From the NCBI GenBank assembly GCA_964016885.1, contig OZ024742.1:285510001-285574000 (forward strand): a stretch of DNA of 64,000 nt, written 5' to 3'. The position numbers and the translations under genes were made by a program. Source of the stretch: Eledone cirrhosa. Taxonomy: Eukaryota. Under the pieces are notes generated by a model. The model had not been told where the DNA came from. It saw only the letters and a program-made list of their open reading frames with translations, and searched no databases. Positions 27,371 to 41,240 of the stretch are shown in pieces; position 1 is the stretch's first letter, and each line of letters starts with the position of its first letter.

Positions 27371-28139
27371 AACGTGCATAAATCCAGCATTGTGCATATT
27401 TCATGCCTTCATCTTGTTGACGACGGTTTTTGTTTTTATTGTATTAGTTTGGCGGAAGGGTGTATACCCAAGGTCCACGCAACCGGAAGCTCTACACCAC
27501 TAGATGATGATTTAATGATCTGTCCTTGGTTATTCTGATCTCTTAACATTATTTTATAGAAACTAACTTCCACAATATAGTTCTAAAGACCGTCTTGATC
27601 CCGGTGCCTTATCAGCCCAGTGCTTATCCCGGGTTCCGTGGCAGGCGTGAAGCGACTGACTAGACAGGACGCCAGTCCATCGCAGGGTTAAACCCACTGC
27701 TATTGCTAAAACTCATTTTCAACTATGTATATTGGAGCAATGTCAAATGAAGTGTTTTGCTCAAGAACACAACATACAACTCAGTCCAGAAATAAAATCC
27801 ACAACATTATGATCGTCATTCTAACTCACTCGCCATTAGGCCATGCACCTCTACAATATAGTTGTTTACTATTTATTCCCACGCTTATTTAGTCAACGTT
27901 TAACATTGAAGCGGCCTTCACTTAGTTAGGAATAAAATCATGCGTAGTTTTCCCTCGGTCCATATCGTGACCTACAATGTTAGAGCTGATTTAATACCCA
28001 TGAAGCCTACTTGGTTATGACGGCGACTATATTGGATAACGTGACAGTCTTTTCTTTTCCAAAAGAGTTTAGTGAAGTAAGAATCTTATAGAGTAGTGAT
28101 CATTAAACTTATTTTATCGTGGAAACCTTTTACGGTTTT

Positions 28140-28560
28140 CTAAAAATTGCGGAATATATATTTATATTTTAAGGACAATACATACCGCCCTAATATTAAT
28201 AAGACATACAATTTATGGTTTGGATTGTTTATATAGTCTTAAGAAAGAATTGGCATATTCAGTTTGAGAGCAAAATCTAAGAAGTTAACACGAGTAATGT
28301 TGATGTCCAAAGTGATGTGGAATGCAAGGATTTTGAAGGAAGAGCGCAAGATATTTCTAAATCTGTCTGTGATTTAACATTTTCAGCTGCACAATATCAA
28401 TAGTCCTTCATCCCTGTAGAGTCCCTCTACAGAAATTAAGGACTAATGAAAAGATGACTTCATTAAACGTCTCCACTGGAATGCATACATTTTCAACAAT
28501 CCAAAGACTATTTGGGGTTTAGATCTAATAGATCATTCACCAGCAACAGACTTTCAACTT
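28140..28560. pseudogene. Decayed Penelope-like element ORF: minus-strand RT core abutting a plus-strand N-terminal fragment
   Basis: Minus 28425-28140: GLYRDEGLL...FHITLDINITRVNFLDF.L.L (PLE GLYRDDGL and VNFLD motifs). Plus 28453-28560: DFIKRLHWNAYIF...GFRS. Confidence 0.7.
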
Positions 28561-29557
28561 CATTGAAATAACGTACACCACAGTTTTCAATAACCGTGGA
28601 ATCACCACGAGGCCAGCTAGTGTGTATTATTTCCTTATCTATATTGATTTCAAAATGCCTATGTGTTTGTGAGTTGAATTGTGTGAGTACCTGGTTTGTA
28701 TCAGATACACACTGATACACAAACGTATAAACCATGCTCTATTTCTTAAACAACTATTTACTCCTACACATCATTGCTTTTGGAGAAGCAACTTTCTTGA
28801 TTCCTTGTCTTAACATTAAATATCTTTTGTTAAGCTGTCAAGGACAGATGGTAATAGTGAAACAGATGCAAATTGTTATTGAAATCATCGTAGTCATCAT
28901 CATCACCATCTTCGTCGTCATCACCGTCGTTATCATCGTCATTCTGGCGTTGATGGAATAAAGTAACAGTCAAGTTGCTAATGTCAGTATCGAGGGATCC
29001 ATTTCCCGCAAAATCTGATGTTTTGTGCCTGTCTAAAAAAAATTACTACTCCTATTGCTACAACCACCATTTTTATTCTCTACTACTACATGTATGTATG
29101 AACATGCAACTTCTGATAGAGTCGTAGGGACACCGTTGTGACATACAACATATCTTGAGCATTTTAAACCTAGCAGAGCGCAACTCGTATCCAAGTCTGG
29201 ACACAGTGGATTTCTTTTAGGGAAGGATTGAGTGAGAGAATGGAAATGAGAAGATATAGAGGATGTACTTGACTGTTACTTCTTTTATCGTCTTTTAAAG
29301 TTGACTTCGGTGGGATTTGAACTCTGAGAGCAGAGAGCCGGAACAATACCACAAAGCATTCCATCTCACATTCTAACGATGACTCTGCCTCTTCGCCGTC
29401 TTTCACTACTATACAATTTTCTCTCTTTATCCAGTAACTCCCGAGAGAGTCGTAGGGGCGCCGTACTGACAGACGGCGTTCCTAGGGCATTTAAAAACCT
29501 AACAGAACCCACCTCGTGTTCAGGTTTGAATACAGTATATTTCCTTTCAGAGAAGGA

Positions 29558-29945
29558 TGATGGATGTTTGCTACACGAGGATGCTGAGGATGGCTCTGTA
29601 CATTAACCTGCACACACCGAGGAGGAGGAACTCAGAGCTGTACTGGAGCTTTCCAAAAGTCAGCTCGAAAGTGACACAAAGGAGACTGAAGTAGGCTGTG
29701 CACGGTCACTGACATTCAGAGCTGGCACTGCACTCAGTAGACCTACAGGGACATGCTAGAATCCGGAGACTGAGGATGACATATGTTGATGCCTTAAAGA
29801 CAGACACTGGTCTCCGGGAGACGCGAGACAGCGGCGATGATGAAGGACAGAGACCATTGGAGAGAACTCGTCCATGGATCTTGAGAATTCTAATTCTACC
29901 AGCCCTAATGTATACTATTATATAAGGATAGAGTGTGAGTGAATG
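29558..29945 (+). pseudogene. RTE LINE 3' remnant, preceded by a block duplicated at 29115-29225/29440-29550
   Basis: CYTRMLRMAL...NSELY..FPKVSSKV.QRRLK...MTYVDALKTDTGL...MKDRDHWRE. Confidence 0.75.
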
Positions 29946-30606
29946 CAAGTTAGAGAGAGATATAGAAGAAGAATCGGGCTAGACTGTTAGACTGGTACTT
30001 TTTTTTACCGTCCTTGAATGGATGAAAAGCAAATCTCTCCATGTGGGGATTTGAACTCAGAGAGCAGACAGCCGAAATGAACACCGCAAAGTATTCTATC
30101 CGATATTCTAATGACTCCACCATGTCACCGCCTTCTACTATTATATACGTCAATGGAAAATATGTCAGATCTACCTCTTACATCACAAACTAGATTTACT
30201 TTTATCATCGTCGTGGATTGCGCATTTGTAGTCGTCGAGTTAAGTGTATGTTTATATAAGTGGATTTATTGATTCTGTTTTAACTAAACACATCAGTACA
30301 CAAAATATCTACATTGCTTAGTGAGCACAATATTATCGATATTTCAAGGATATACCATTTTTTTGCGTCAGGCAGGGTATATTGATTTGATTTCCTCATC
30401 GATTATATAACATCTGATGCTTATTCGACAGTTTTAACTTGGAAAATAAAGCAATATAACATTAAAACAGAATATATCATGTGACAACATGGCGTTTATA
30501 AATATTGTTACGACTACAATCTGCGGAGGTTTACACGGTCTTCTGATGTTGAATTTCATAAGTTTCCCGGATAGTTTTAAGGTCAGGGGCCCTAATTCTA
30601 TCATGT

Positions 30607-30691
<85 letters not shown>

Positions 30692-31139
30692 AGTGGAGGT
30701 TCACACCGCCTTCTAAGGTTGAATTTCATAAGGTTCTTGGATAGTGTTAAACGAAAGAAGCCCTGATTCTATCAAGGCCCTGTTTTCCTTGTGGTCTATA
30801 GAAAAATGTTTATCTCTACCACTGTTTATAAACGTTTGTTAAAACTAATAATTGTTCGATTCGAAATTTTCACGAAACTACCGACTTTTCAAAACAGTGT
30901 TAGTGAAACGAACATTTTAAAAAAATTATAAAGCAGCAACTAAATAAAAAAATGTACTTTGCTTCAGTACTTTTCTACCACTGATTAAAACCAAAGGACG
31001 GACGAACAGACAAGCGGACGCACACTCACATAATTTTTTCTGCAATTTGAAGTTATATTCCCCATGATGTTATAGTTAAACTTATGCATTGTGGTAGCCT
31101 TGCATAAATCTAAAAACTAAAAACATGTTTTGAAATTAC

Positions 31140-31246
<107 letters not shown>

Positions 31247-31628
31247 CACTATCATTGACAGTATTTAGCTGTATTAAAGGCTGTTCTAGCGATGAGTTTT
31301 CTCATTTTTCTATCAATTCAAATATACTCTCGTTTCGTTTCGATCAGAGACGACAATGTTTATTCATGAGAAATTTCTTTTAGGTAGCAGCTTTTTGTAG
31401 GCAGCTCACAGCTTTGTATTGTTCATGTGCATGAATCAAAAGAATAAATCAACACTTACTGATTTGGTTCTGCTCGACGTGGAACTGTTTATCACGGATA
31501 ACTGGTTGACAACAATTGTAAGATAGGTTGATTATGTAACACATCGAAACACGTGTGAGCCTCTTTAATAATTAATAAATGAACCAATGAATATCAGCAC
31601 AAGTGTCTTAACGTTATTCTATTAACCC

Positions 31629-31694
<66 letters not shown>

Positions 31695-31960
31695 TCCTTT
31701 GAGCACATTATTTACAGGGAATAGCGAGGGCCTATGCCTCCGTTAATTTATCGTGATGTTTCGCTCCTAATAACAGTCTTTCCTATCTCTGTTTGGTTGA
31801 GCACACTTCTCTGAGTGGCTTTGGGCTGCCCTTTCTAGCAGTTCATCCCTCAGAGGCCACTGGTTCACTGCCCTTAAACACGCTGTGACTTCTCTCTCCC
31901 ACGTGTAGCTGGACAGTCAATTTTGAAATTCTCTTAGTGTTATCTGAAATGTATAGCCTT

Positions 31961-32040
31961 ACACACGCTGATGAACCGAGACTAACTCATTTCTTTCAAC
32001 AAATTATTGGTGAAACATATCTTTGGATTTGTACGTGTGT
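31961..32040 (+). ncRNA. Type I hammerhead ribozyme, copy 1
   Basis: Stem I ACACACG/CGTGTGT; CTGATGA 31968-31974; stem II ACCGA/TTGGT; GAAA; stem III ACATATC/GATTTGT; GTA cleavage after 32033. Confidence 0.85.
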
Positions 32041-32501
32041 TATATAGTTATAGAGGTATTTATTTACGCTTTAATTTATATTTTTAATTATCGTGTCTAT
32101 AGTCTGCCTTTCATAGGTTATATATTCCATACACTAGTGGTTTTTTCCCTGTATTATTGATAACGCACTGTATATCTCTCTCTGGTGTGTTACCTTTTCA
32201 ACATATTGTATTTTAAAGAGCTCAGGATCTCTTCTCCTTTGAGCACATTATTTACAGGGAATAGCGAGGGCCTATGCTTCCGTTAATTTATCGTGATGTT
32301 TCGCTCCTAATAACAGTCTTTCCTATCTCTGTTTGGTTGAGCACACTTCTCTGAGTGGCTTTGGGCTGCCCTTTCTAGCAGTTCGATCCCTCAGAGGCCA
32401 CTCGTTCACTGCCCTTAAACACGCTGTGACTTCTCTCTACCACGTGTAGCTGGACAGTCAATTTTGAAATTCTCTTAGTGTTGTCTGAAATGTATAGCCT
32501 T

Positions 32502-32581
32502 ACACACGCTGATGAACCGAGACTAACTCATTTCTTTCAACAAATTATTGGTGAAACATATCTTTGAATTTGTACGTGTGT
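32502..32581 (+). ncRNA. Type I hammerhead ribozyme, copy 2
   Basis: Same fold as copy 1; CTGATGA 32509-32515; cleavage after 32574. Confidence 0.85.
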
Positions 32582-32642
32582 TATATAGTTATAGAGGTAT
32601 GTATTTACGCTTTAATTTATATTTTTAATTATCGTGTCTATA

Positions 32643-32813
<171 letters not shown>

Positions 32814-32830
32814 CATATATATACATATAT

Positions 32831-32884
<54 letters not shown>

Positions 32885-33054
32885 TATCCAGGGAGTGTAA
32901 CGCGAAGTTACTGTAGGTTCACCCAGGTGAGCAGTCTCATATTATTCTCGTTTACATATATATATGTATGTAAAAGGTAAACAGAAATAACAATACAATC
33001 GGTACAGTATATGGAAGGTATATATTAGGTTAACGCTTGATATAGCAGGAAGAG

Positions 33055-33088
33055 GGTCTTAACGTTTCGGACGCTAGTCCTTCATCAG
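33055..33088 (-). ncRNA. Minimal PLE-type hammerhead core
   Basis: Minus strand CTGATGA-A-GGAC-TAGC-GTCC-GAAACGTT; the 5' arm of stem I is replaced by the neighbouring element. Confidence 0.6.
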
Positions 33089-33170
33089 TCAGTAGAATGA
33101 GCCCCTCATTCTTGCTCTTGTGTTGGCATGTAAACAGAACTGCAGACACAATATTTCTGGGTGATTACCC

Positions 33171-33211
<41 letters not shown>

Positions 33212-33472
33212 GAAAGTATAGAAAGACGAATATATAAGACGAATAGAAGAAACGTGCGCATTCGTTCATCAGACAAGGAAATTGCCTTGTCTGATGAACG
33301 AATGCGGACGTTTCTTGTATTCGTCTTATTCGGGAAACCTCTGGTAATGAGGTAATTATATTGTATTGTTTATTATATATTAAATTTAGCTCTGTAACTT
33401 ACATAGAGCACTCTTCATTCCTATGACTTTTTCAATTTTCAACGGAAACTTCAATACTTATATATATATATA

Positions 33473-33558
<86 letters not shown>

Positions 33559-33640
33559 GGGTAATCACCCAGAAACATTGTGTCTGCAGTTCTGTTTACA
33601 TGCCAACACAAGAGCTAGAATGAGGGCCTCATTCTACTGA
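33089..33640. repeat. ~87-bp inverted repeats around (TA)n tracts, enclosing an HHR element
   Basis: 33089-33175 is the reverse complement of ~33554-33640. Confidence 0.85.
33281..33356 (+). ncRNA. Type I hammerhead ribozyme, family of 17404
   Basis: Stem I ATTGCCTTGT/ATGAGGTAAT (10 bp with wobbles); CTGATGA 33291-33297; CGAAT/ATTCG; GAAA; ACC-TCT-GGT; GTA cleavage after 33346; inverted partial copy just upstream (~33232-33278). Confidence 0.75.
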
Positions 33641-33775
33641 CATGGGTTAAAAGAGGCTGTTTGTATAATTGTAAACGAATCGAATATTATTATTAATATT
33701 CGAAAAACTCATTAAATTTATTGTATTCAGCCATATAGAGCGATAACGTTTTGCTAGTTATATATATATATATAT

Positions 33776-33838
<63 letters not shown>

Positions 33839-34004
33839 GAGAGAGAGCGAGAATATGGTCCGAAATCATTAGACGTGTCCGTCGAATCTGCGTGTCCAGA
33901 ATCAGACAGATCCACACAATAATCGTGTCTCGAGCTGTCCACCGGGGAAACAATTGTAACACACAATAAATTGAGTTCAGATGCATCACTGATTTCTCGT
34001 TTTC

Positions 34005-34076
<72 letters not shown>

Positions 34077-34077
34077 C

Positions 34078-34184
<107 letters not shown>

Positions 34185-34324
34185 CATATATAGTTAGAGA
34201 AGCAAAAAATTGCTTATTGTGATCCAGTTTTTGGTTAAGAAAGCCAGTTTCATGGATGGTTTCAACGTACGGTTAGGGGTAACTCCACAAGTTTGTAAGA
34301 ATTCCGTTCAATCTTGGAGTATAA

Positions 34325-35208
34325 AGTATAAAAGAGAAAACACAGGTAAGCATTAAGAGAAGGATTTAATCCAGGTATTTACGACCGTTTCATTGGTAAG
34401 TGCAACCTTATATTGCTATACTGCAAATAGCAGCCACTCAATTATAATTGTTGTTCACAGTCCAAATTTTCAAAATAGTGAGTTCGTAAATACCTGGATT
34501 AAATCCTTCTCTTAATGCTTACCTGTGTTTTCTCTTTTATACATACATATATATATATATATATATATGTGTACAAGTTATATTTAATTTGTTGGGATTC
34601 AACAGGCTAAAATATTTTTATAACTGATATAAAGCACTCAACAAATTATTGGAGTAAATATACAATATATTAACAAATGAAAACTATATTTATAAAACCA
34701 TATTTATTTCATTATACACATTTCAAGGGCTACCAAGGTAGATTATGGTGCGCTTTCATCAGATAAAATATAATACAGATTAGTTTTATGAATAAATATT
34801 GACATACCCTTACCGGTTGGAGCTTCCTGGGCCCTTGAAATATGTATAATGAAATAAATATGGTTTTATAAATATAGTTTCCATTTGTTAATATATTGTA
34901 TATATATATATATATATTATATATAATATATAAGATCAAAAGATGGTTAAAAGAGTTCCATGTATTTTATTATGCGCATTTCAAAAACAAATATCATCAA
35001 GCAATAACAGTTGCGTTTTCGTCAGTTAAAATAGGGAGACATGATATGAAGGTTAAAACACACTTGTGAATAGTGCAGTTTTAAATCAACATGTCTCCCT
35101 ATTTTATCTGACGAAAACGCAAATCTTATTGCTTGATGATATTTGTTTTTGAAATGCGTATAATAAAATACATGGAACTCTTTTAACCATCTTTTGATCT
35201 TATATATT
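34325..35208. repeat. Three consecutive fold-back fragments (34325-34542, 34657-34905, 34925-35208) carrying HHR halves or a degenerate HHR
   Basis: Inverted repeats readable directly; GAAACGGTCGTA (minus, ~34380); CTGACGA 35108-35114 ... GAAATGCGTA 35151-35160. Confidence 0.7.
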
Positions 35209-35296
35209 ATTTATACTCCAGTCCTACAATCTGTAGAGTGCTACTTATCCGATATCTGCATTGCTTTATTGTACTACAATAAAACTCACCTCCTAC

Positions 35297-35335
<39 letters not shown>

Positions 35336-35377
35336 CCTTTCGTAACTTGTACTTCCGTGTTGATATTTTTTACTTTC

Positions 35378-35471
<94 letters not shown>

Positions 35472-35930
35472 TATAAATGAAACAAACAAAACACAGGAGG
35501 TAATTTTACACAGTTATATATATTAAAGACACACACGCAGACACCAATTCACACACACACACACACACGTGTGTGTGTGTAAAAGCCATGGTCTATTTTG
35601 TAAATATCCTTATTTACTCCTACGCATATTTTCCTTTCCTGATTTCTTGTCTTTACATTAGAAATCTTTTGTTAAGCTGTCATGGCCAGACGCGAATATT
35701 GAAACTAAGGTGAAATACGTTATTGATACCACCATCACTACTATTATTATCGTCATTATTATCATCAATATTATTAGCTATCTTCAGTATTATAAATTTT
35801 GCTATCCTCCTCTCCCCCCTCCCCCTCTTCCTCCTCCCCATCTTCATCATCATCATTTCTCGTTCAATTTTTATGTAAGCCCATACACCTTTTCATAACT
35901 TGTCTTTGTAATATCTTCCATGACATTACC

Positions 35931-37055
35931 AACGAGGTAACGAGCAGAGTAGCCAGTCTCACCCAAAAATGGGCTGGGAGGAAGCTATCACTGAAAGGTC
36001 GCGCGGAGGTGGCGAATGCGTACATCGCGTCCGTCATCTACTACCACCTAACCGTCGTGCCTTGCCCCTGTCCGCGCCTCGTCAAGTTGGAACGGCTCCT
36101 CTTCAAATTCTTGTGGAGGGGACAAGTTCCGTTGGTGAGGCGGTCCATCTGCTGCCAGCACCCACTACGCGGAGGGCTGGGCATGCCGTGGCTAATGATG
36201 CGCAGACATGCGTTGAGGCTGCGACATCTCCAGATATTCTGCCTCAATGGTGAACAGGTGTGGTCGCGGTTTATCAGACGGGCCTTTCCGCAGCTCATTT
36301 CTTTGACTGAGCTGCAGTCCTGGGTCAAGAAGAGACCGAGACTGGGTGACTGGCACCTGGAATGTTGCCAGGCACTCACTGCCCTCTACCAAGCGGGCAA
36401 TGCGATCAGTGGAACTTCCAATCTCGAGTTCTATAGAGGATTAGTGGTGGGCAAGTGCGATGACGCACTCGGAGAAGCTTTGGGCCTCGACGAAGTCGAA
36501 CTGACTAGTCTGTACCGGAGGACTTTTGAGCCGGGGACGATGGACAATTTCCAGAAATCCCTCGCTTGGCAGTGCTACCGGGGGGCACTGCCGGTTCGGG
36601 ATAAACTCTACAGGCACGGAAGTGCTGTCAGACGGACCTGCCCAAGATGCGCACAGAACGACGAAACCGTTCTGCACGCACTTGTCCAATGTCCATGCAT
36701 TACTGACTTGTGGAGTTATGTCGAACAGCTACTGTCGCGTGTGGAACGAATCCGGCTATCGGCCGAGTCCATAGTGAAGATCGAGCCGCCACCTTCCTTA
36801 GGTCAGGAAGAGCAGGACATTTTCCTCTGTCTGGTGGCAGTTGCGAAAGAGATTATATGGTGGACCAGGTTGAAAGGACTAAAGACAGACACTTTTCTCT
36901 TCGGCCAATCCCTCATCAACTTCTTCAAGTTTCACCTGGAAAGGAAGGTGAGGGTGGAGAGAGAAGTGCTGCCCCCCAGTACATTTGCTAATAGGTGGGT
37001 GAATGTGGCGAGAATGGCTCGTGTGAATGGGCCTACTCTGACCATGCGCCTATAG
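35931..37055 (+). pseudogene. 3' part of L1/Tx1-clade ORF2 (post-RT region and zf-RVT zinc knuckle), 5'-truncated but still open
   Basis: W.GRKLSLKGRAEVAN, LFKFLWRG, GGLGMP and CPRCAQNDETVLHALVQC motifs; GC-rich island; the first ~44 aa of the listed ORF are flanking DNA. Confidence 0.9.
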
Positions 37056-37350
37056 GCTGGCTAACTTGAGGAGAGGGGTGCTCTCCCTGGGTGCCCTAGA
37101 AGCGCAGGGTGGTTTAGGATTGGTGGGGTACCCGAATCACCCCAGGGTCGTCCACCCCCTATCGGGGAATTTATTTTGTTATATTTATGCATAGTTTATT
37201 TTATATTTTTATATTTTCATTGTTAAATTAGTCTTGCCATTGTGCACTTTTACTCGACCTTATTGTAAACCCCCACTGTCCCTGTCTTTGTATTGTCCCC
37301 TACATGTCGGCCCTTGTGGATAATAAATGGAATCATTATTATTATTATTA
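35931..37350 (+). mobile_element. 5'-truncated L1/Tx1 LINE
   Basis: ORF2 tail, 3'UTR, AATAAA at 37322, (ATT)n tail ending 37350. Confidence 0.9.
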
Positions 37351-37837
37351 CTAGCAGAAAAACCGCCCGTGGGGGGGGGGGGGGGTTCTGCTAACATATT
37401 TAGTGTGCATATTGATATTATACGCAAATATAGATGCATTTACGTAAAATGAAAAGTGAATTGACTATATTGCACAGAAATTGAACAAAGACTGTGTTAG
37501 ACTTTATTCTGTAATCAGTAAAGTAATCTATGATAAATTTAAAAAAGATATCTCCTTATAATATATAACCAGCAATTTCTCTGTCTGTCTGTCTGTCCGA
37601 CAGTGGAAACACGTGCGCGCGTGGTTGCTATCTCTCTCTCTCTCCAGCTATCCCTCTCTTTTAGTCTGTCTGTTTCTCTCACTCTCACTCTTTCTCTTTG
37701 TAACACACTAACATTCCTCCCCTCTATCGCTGTGACGAATGGGGAGATGGAGGAGGAGGAGGAGGAGAGAGTCACTTCGTCACTTCACCTCTGCCTTTCT
37801 TTCTCTCCCCTCTCAATCCCTCATTACGTACAGACAT

Positions 37838-38035
37838 TAGGGCGGTGGATTGGCAGAATCTGTAGAGAGTCGGACACCATGCTTCATAGCATAGAGTTAC
37901 GTCCCTTTATGGTCTGAGTTCAAATACCGCCGAGGTTAACTTTGCCTTTCATCCTCACGGGGTCGATAAAAAATAAAGTAACAGTAATGTACTGGGTAAT
38001 TGCTGGCCTTGTGCCAAAAGTAGAAACAATTATTA
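37838..38035 (+). mobile_element. tRNA-derived SINE, family A, near full length; ~20 copies or fragments (e.g. 9895, 16119, 19310, 29265, 29985, 40338, 40580, 40710, 40935, 41920, 43937, 51662, 55225, 55720, 55833)
   Basis: GGCGGTGGATTGGCAGAAT head, B box GAGTTCAAAT, central GCCTTTCATCC..GGGGTCGATAAAA, tail GGCCTTGTGCCAAAAGTAGAAACAATTATT. Confidence 0.9.
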
Positions 38036-38149
38036 GAAACATTGCTTCATTTTTACATATCTAAGCATTAGTAAAATAACTAATAATTTCAAAAGTAATT
38101 TTTCAATTCCAATTGTTATGAACAGCAAAACATTAATAATAATTTTGTT

Positions 38150-38576
38150 CTAAGAAATATATATACATTTCTGTGTGTGTAATATATATATATATACACA
38201 CACAGAAATATATATATACATTTCTGTGTGTGTAATATATATACACACAGAAATATATATACATTTCTGTGTGTCTAATATATATATATATATACACACA
38301 GAAATATATATATATACACACAGAAATATATATACATTTCTGTGTGTGTAATATATATATATATACACACAGAAATATATATACATTTCTGTGTGTGTAA
38401 TATATATATATATACACAGACAGAAATATATATATATACACACAGAAATATATATACATTTCTGTGTGTGTAATATATATATATATACACACAGAAATAT
38501 ATATACATTTCTGTGTGTGTAATATATATATATATATATACACACACAGAAATATATATACATTTCTGTGTATGTA

Positions 38577-38611
<35 letters not shown>

Positions 38612-38620
38612 GAAATATAT
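38150..38620. repeat. Self-complementary ~48-bp minisatellite
   Basis: Unit ACACACAGAAAT-ATATATAC-ATTTCTGTGTGT-(TA)n repeated about 9 times. Confidence 0.9.
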
Positions 38621-39180
38621 GGGCATTTCTCTGTTTGTCTGTCTGTCTGTCTGTCTATCTGTCTGTCTGTCTGTCCTTCCATAAAACTCAAATGTAGGTG
38701 CTACAGAAATATTACCTTCCCCTTCCTTTCTCCACTTTGGTACTACCAAGAGAAACACTGTCGCTATAGAAACATTACCTTCACCTCTCCACCGACTTTG
38801 GTCACTGAGACCGAGGGAATCGCTGGTTGCTATAGAGACACCTTGCACAAGCCAGAAGTAACCAGTTCGAGGCGGTTCTGACTTGACACCATGCCAAGGA
38901 CCATTTGAAGATATATTTCCATCGTTATATCATAACGTTTATGTATCATAACGTTTATATTTCCGTCACTAATCTCTTTTTCTCCTTTTTCGTTTTAACA
39001 TATATTTATTTCAAAGATTTCACCGTATAGATAACATATATATTTATACATGCATAAAAGACACACCGAGAGACGGTGAACATGTGGTGCCGAAAACATT
39101 TCTCATCCAAATCTCAACAATATCAGTATATACACTAGATTTGCTAGCAGAAAACCGCCCACCGGGTGGTTTTCTGCTAG

Positions 39181-39796
39181 TTTATATATATAAAAGCAAG
39201 TCGGTCTGTGTGTGTGTCTGTCTGTGTACAAATACTAGGCTCCTTTTAACTTTTGAAGTACTAGGCCGATTTCAACCAAATTTGGCACACATGTTGCTTA
39301 TATGCCAGAGCAGGTTTTGGACAAAAACAAATTTGAAACAAAAATCTATATTGGGGCCGAAAAATCGATTTTGTGTGGGTATATGTCTGTATACAAATAC
39401 TAGGCTCCTTTTAACTTTTGAAGTACTAGGCCGATTTGCTTTAAGGAATGATATTTCTATGTCCAGTGGATGGTAAACGTGGTAGTGACAGCGCCATCTT
39501 ACGCATAGGGTTTAGTCTACTGAAGGACATACGGTGCGTCTATTCCATCTTTATCCCCTTACTCATACCTACTACAGCAAGGCCGGACCTGAAATCATTC
39601 ACGTCAATTAACTCAAGCTACCCCATGAATTGTTTTTATGTTGCCGTTTATTTCACTCAATCATGTCACTGTACACCCATTTTGTTAAACTTTTTTTTAC
39701 AATTACATTTCAATTTTTTGCTCAATGTTTGGCTCTCTTTATACGGACAAACAGGCTGTCATTCATTTTCCGAACAACGCCGGGTACATCTGCTAG
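39181..39796 (+). mobile_element. Non-autonomous Helitron-like element
   Basis: 5' TTTATATATATAAAAGC followed by GTCT/GT repeats, internal CCGATTTCAACCAAATTTGGCACAC, 3' CCGAACAACGCCGGG...CTAG|T; preceded by another hairpin-CTAG end at 39144-39180. Confidence 0.65.
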
Positions 39797-39887
39797 TTAT
39801 ATATAAACGGCATTACGGCAATATGTTATAAAAACGAAAAAGGAGAAAATGAGATTAGCGACGGAAATATAAACGTTATGATATAAC

Positions 39888-40076
39888 TGTTTCTACTTTT
39901 GGCACAAGGCCAGCAATTACCCAGTACATTACTGGTACTTTATTTTATCGACCCCGTAAGGATGAAAGGCAAAGTTAACCTCGGCGGGATTTGAACTCAG
40001 AATGGCAAGGGCCGTAACTCTACGCGTCAAAGCATGGCGTCTGACCCTCTACCGATACTGCCAATACACTTACTCT
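39888..40076 (-). mobile_element. Family A SINE with 20-bp target site duplication
   Basis: TATAAACGTTATGATATAAC at 39868-39887 and 40077-40096. Confidence 0.9.
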
Positions 40077-41240
40077 TATAAACGTTATGATATAACGAAC
40101 GCTAACGGAATTTGACATTTGAAAGTTTTAATAGAAGGGAATCTTGAATTAAGCAATACACTATATATAAGATTATCAATGATTAATCAAGAACAGAAAT
40201 TTAGTAGATAAATTACATAACATTCATTCATGATTTATTCAAAGTAATCCAACTTATATTAATAACGTGATATAAAATAATAAATTGGACACAAGTCTCG
40301 CAGTTCTTCAATCATTATATGTAAGATTATTATTTAAGGGTGGTGGCTTGGCAGAAACGTTAGAGCGTCGGAAAACCTGCTTTGTGGCATGTAGCTACGC
40401 CCCTTTACGTTCTAAGTTCAAATCCCGCTTAAGTTAGCTTTGCCTTTCATTCTTACGGGGTTAATAAAATAAAGTATCAGTTACGCACTGAGGGTCAATT
40501 TAATCGACTTTCCCTTCCCCTAAAATTGCTGGTCTTGTGCTTAAATCAGAAACCATTTTTGATGTTATTAATATCATTACTTTTTAATTTAAGTACAAAG
40601 TCAGCAGATTAGGTAGAGGGGAAAGTAAATAATACTGGTACTTTATTTTACCGACCCCGTAAGGTTGAAACGCAAAGTTAACCTCTGCAGGATTCGAACA
40701 TCAATAATAACGGTTTCTGATTGAGACATACGGCCAACAATTTTAAGAGGGGGGGATGTGGATTAAATCGACCCCAGTGCATGATGGTACTTTATTTCAC
40801 CGATCCCGCAAGGATGAAACGCAAAGCTAACCTCGGTGGGATTTGAACTCAGAGCTTAATGGGTCGGAGCTATATGCCGCAAAGCATGTAATCCGACGCT
40901 CTACCGATGCTGTCAAACCACTACCCTTAAATGATGGCTTCTGATTTAGGCAAAAGGCCACCAATTTGGGGCAAGGGAAAATCGATCAAATCGACCCTAG
41001 TGTGTTACTGGTACTTTATTTTACCGACACAGTATAGGATGAAAGGCAGGATTTCAACAATAATAATAGTAACCTTCGTTATTGTTGTTGTTACTATTAT
41101 CCTCTTCATTCTATATCAAGAACAACTACTAAACACAGCAACAACAACAACACTAAGAAATGATAATGGAAAATGCCACTAGATTCTTCTACTTCTCTTT
41201 TCTGCAATCATATGGAATTTCTAGTTAGCGTCGCAGATTC

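Noticed and set aside
35799-35930. N-terminal 44 aa of the 418-aa ORF
   Set aside because: Flanking low-complexity DNA fortuitously in frame with the truncated LINE
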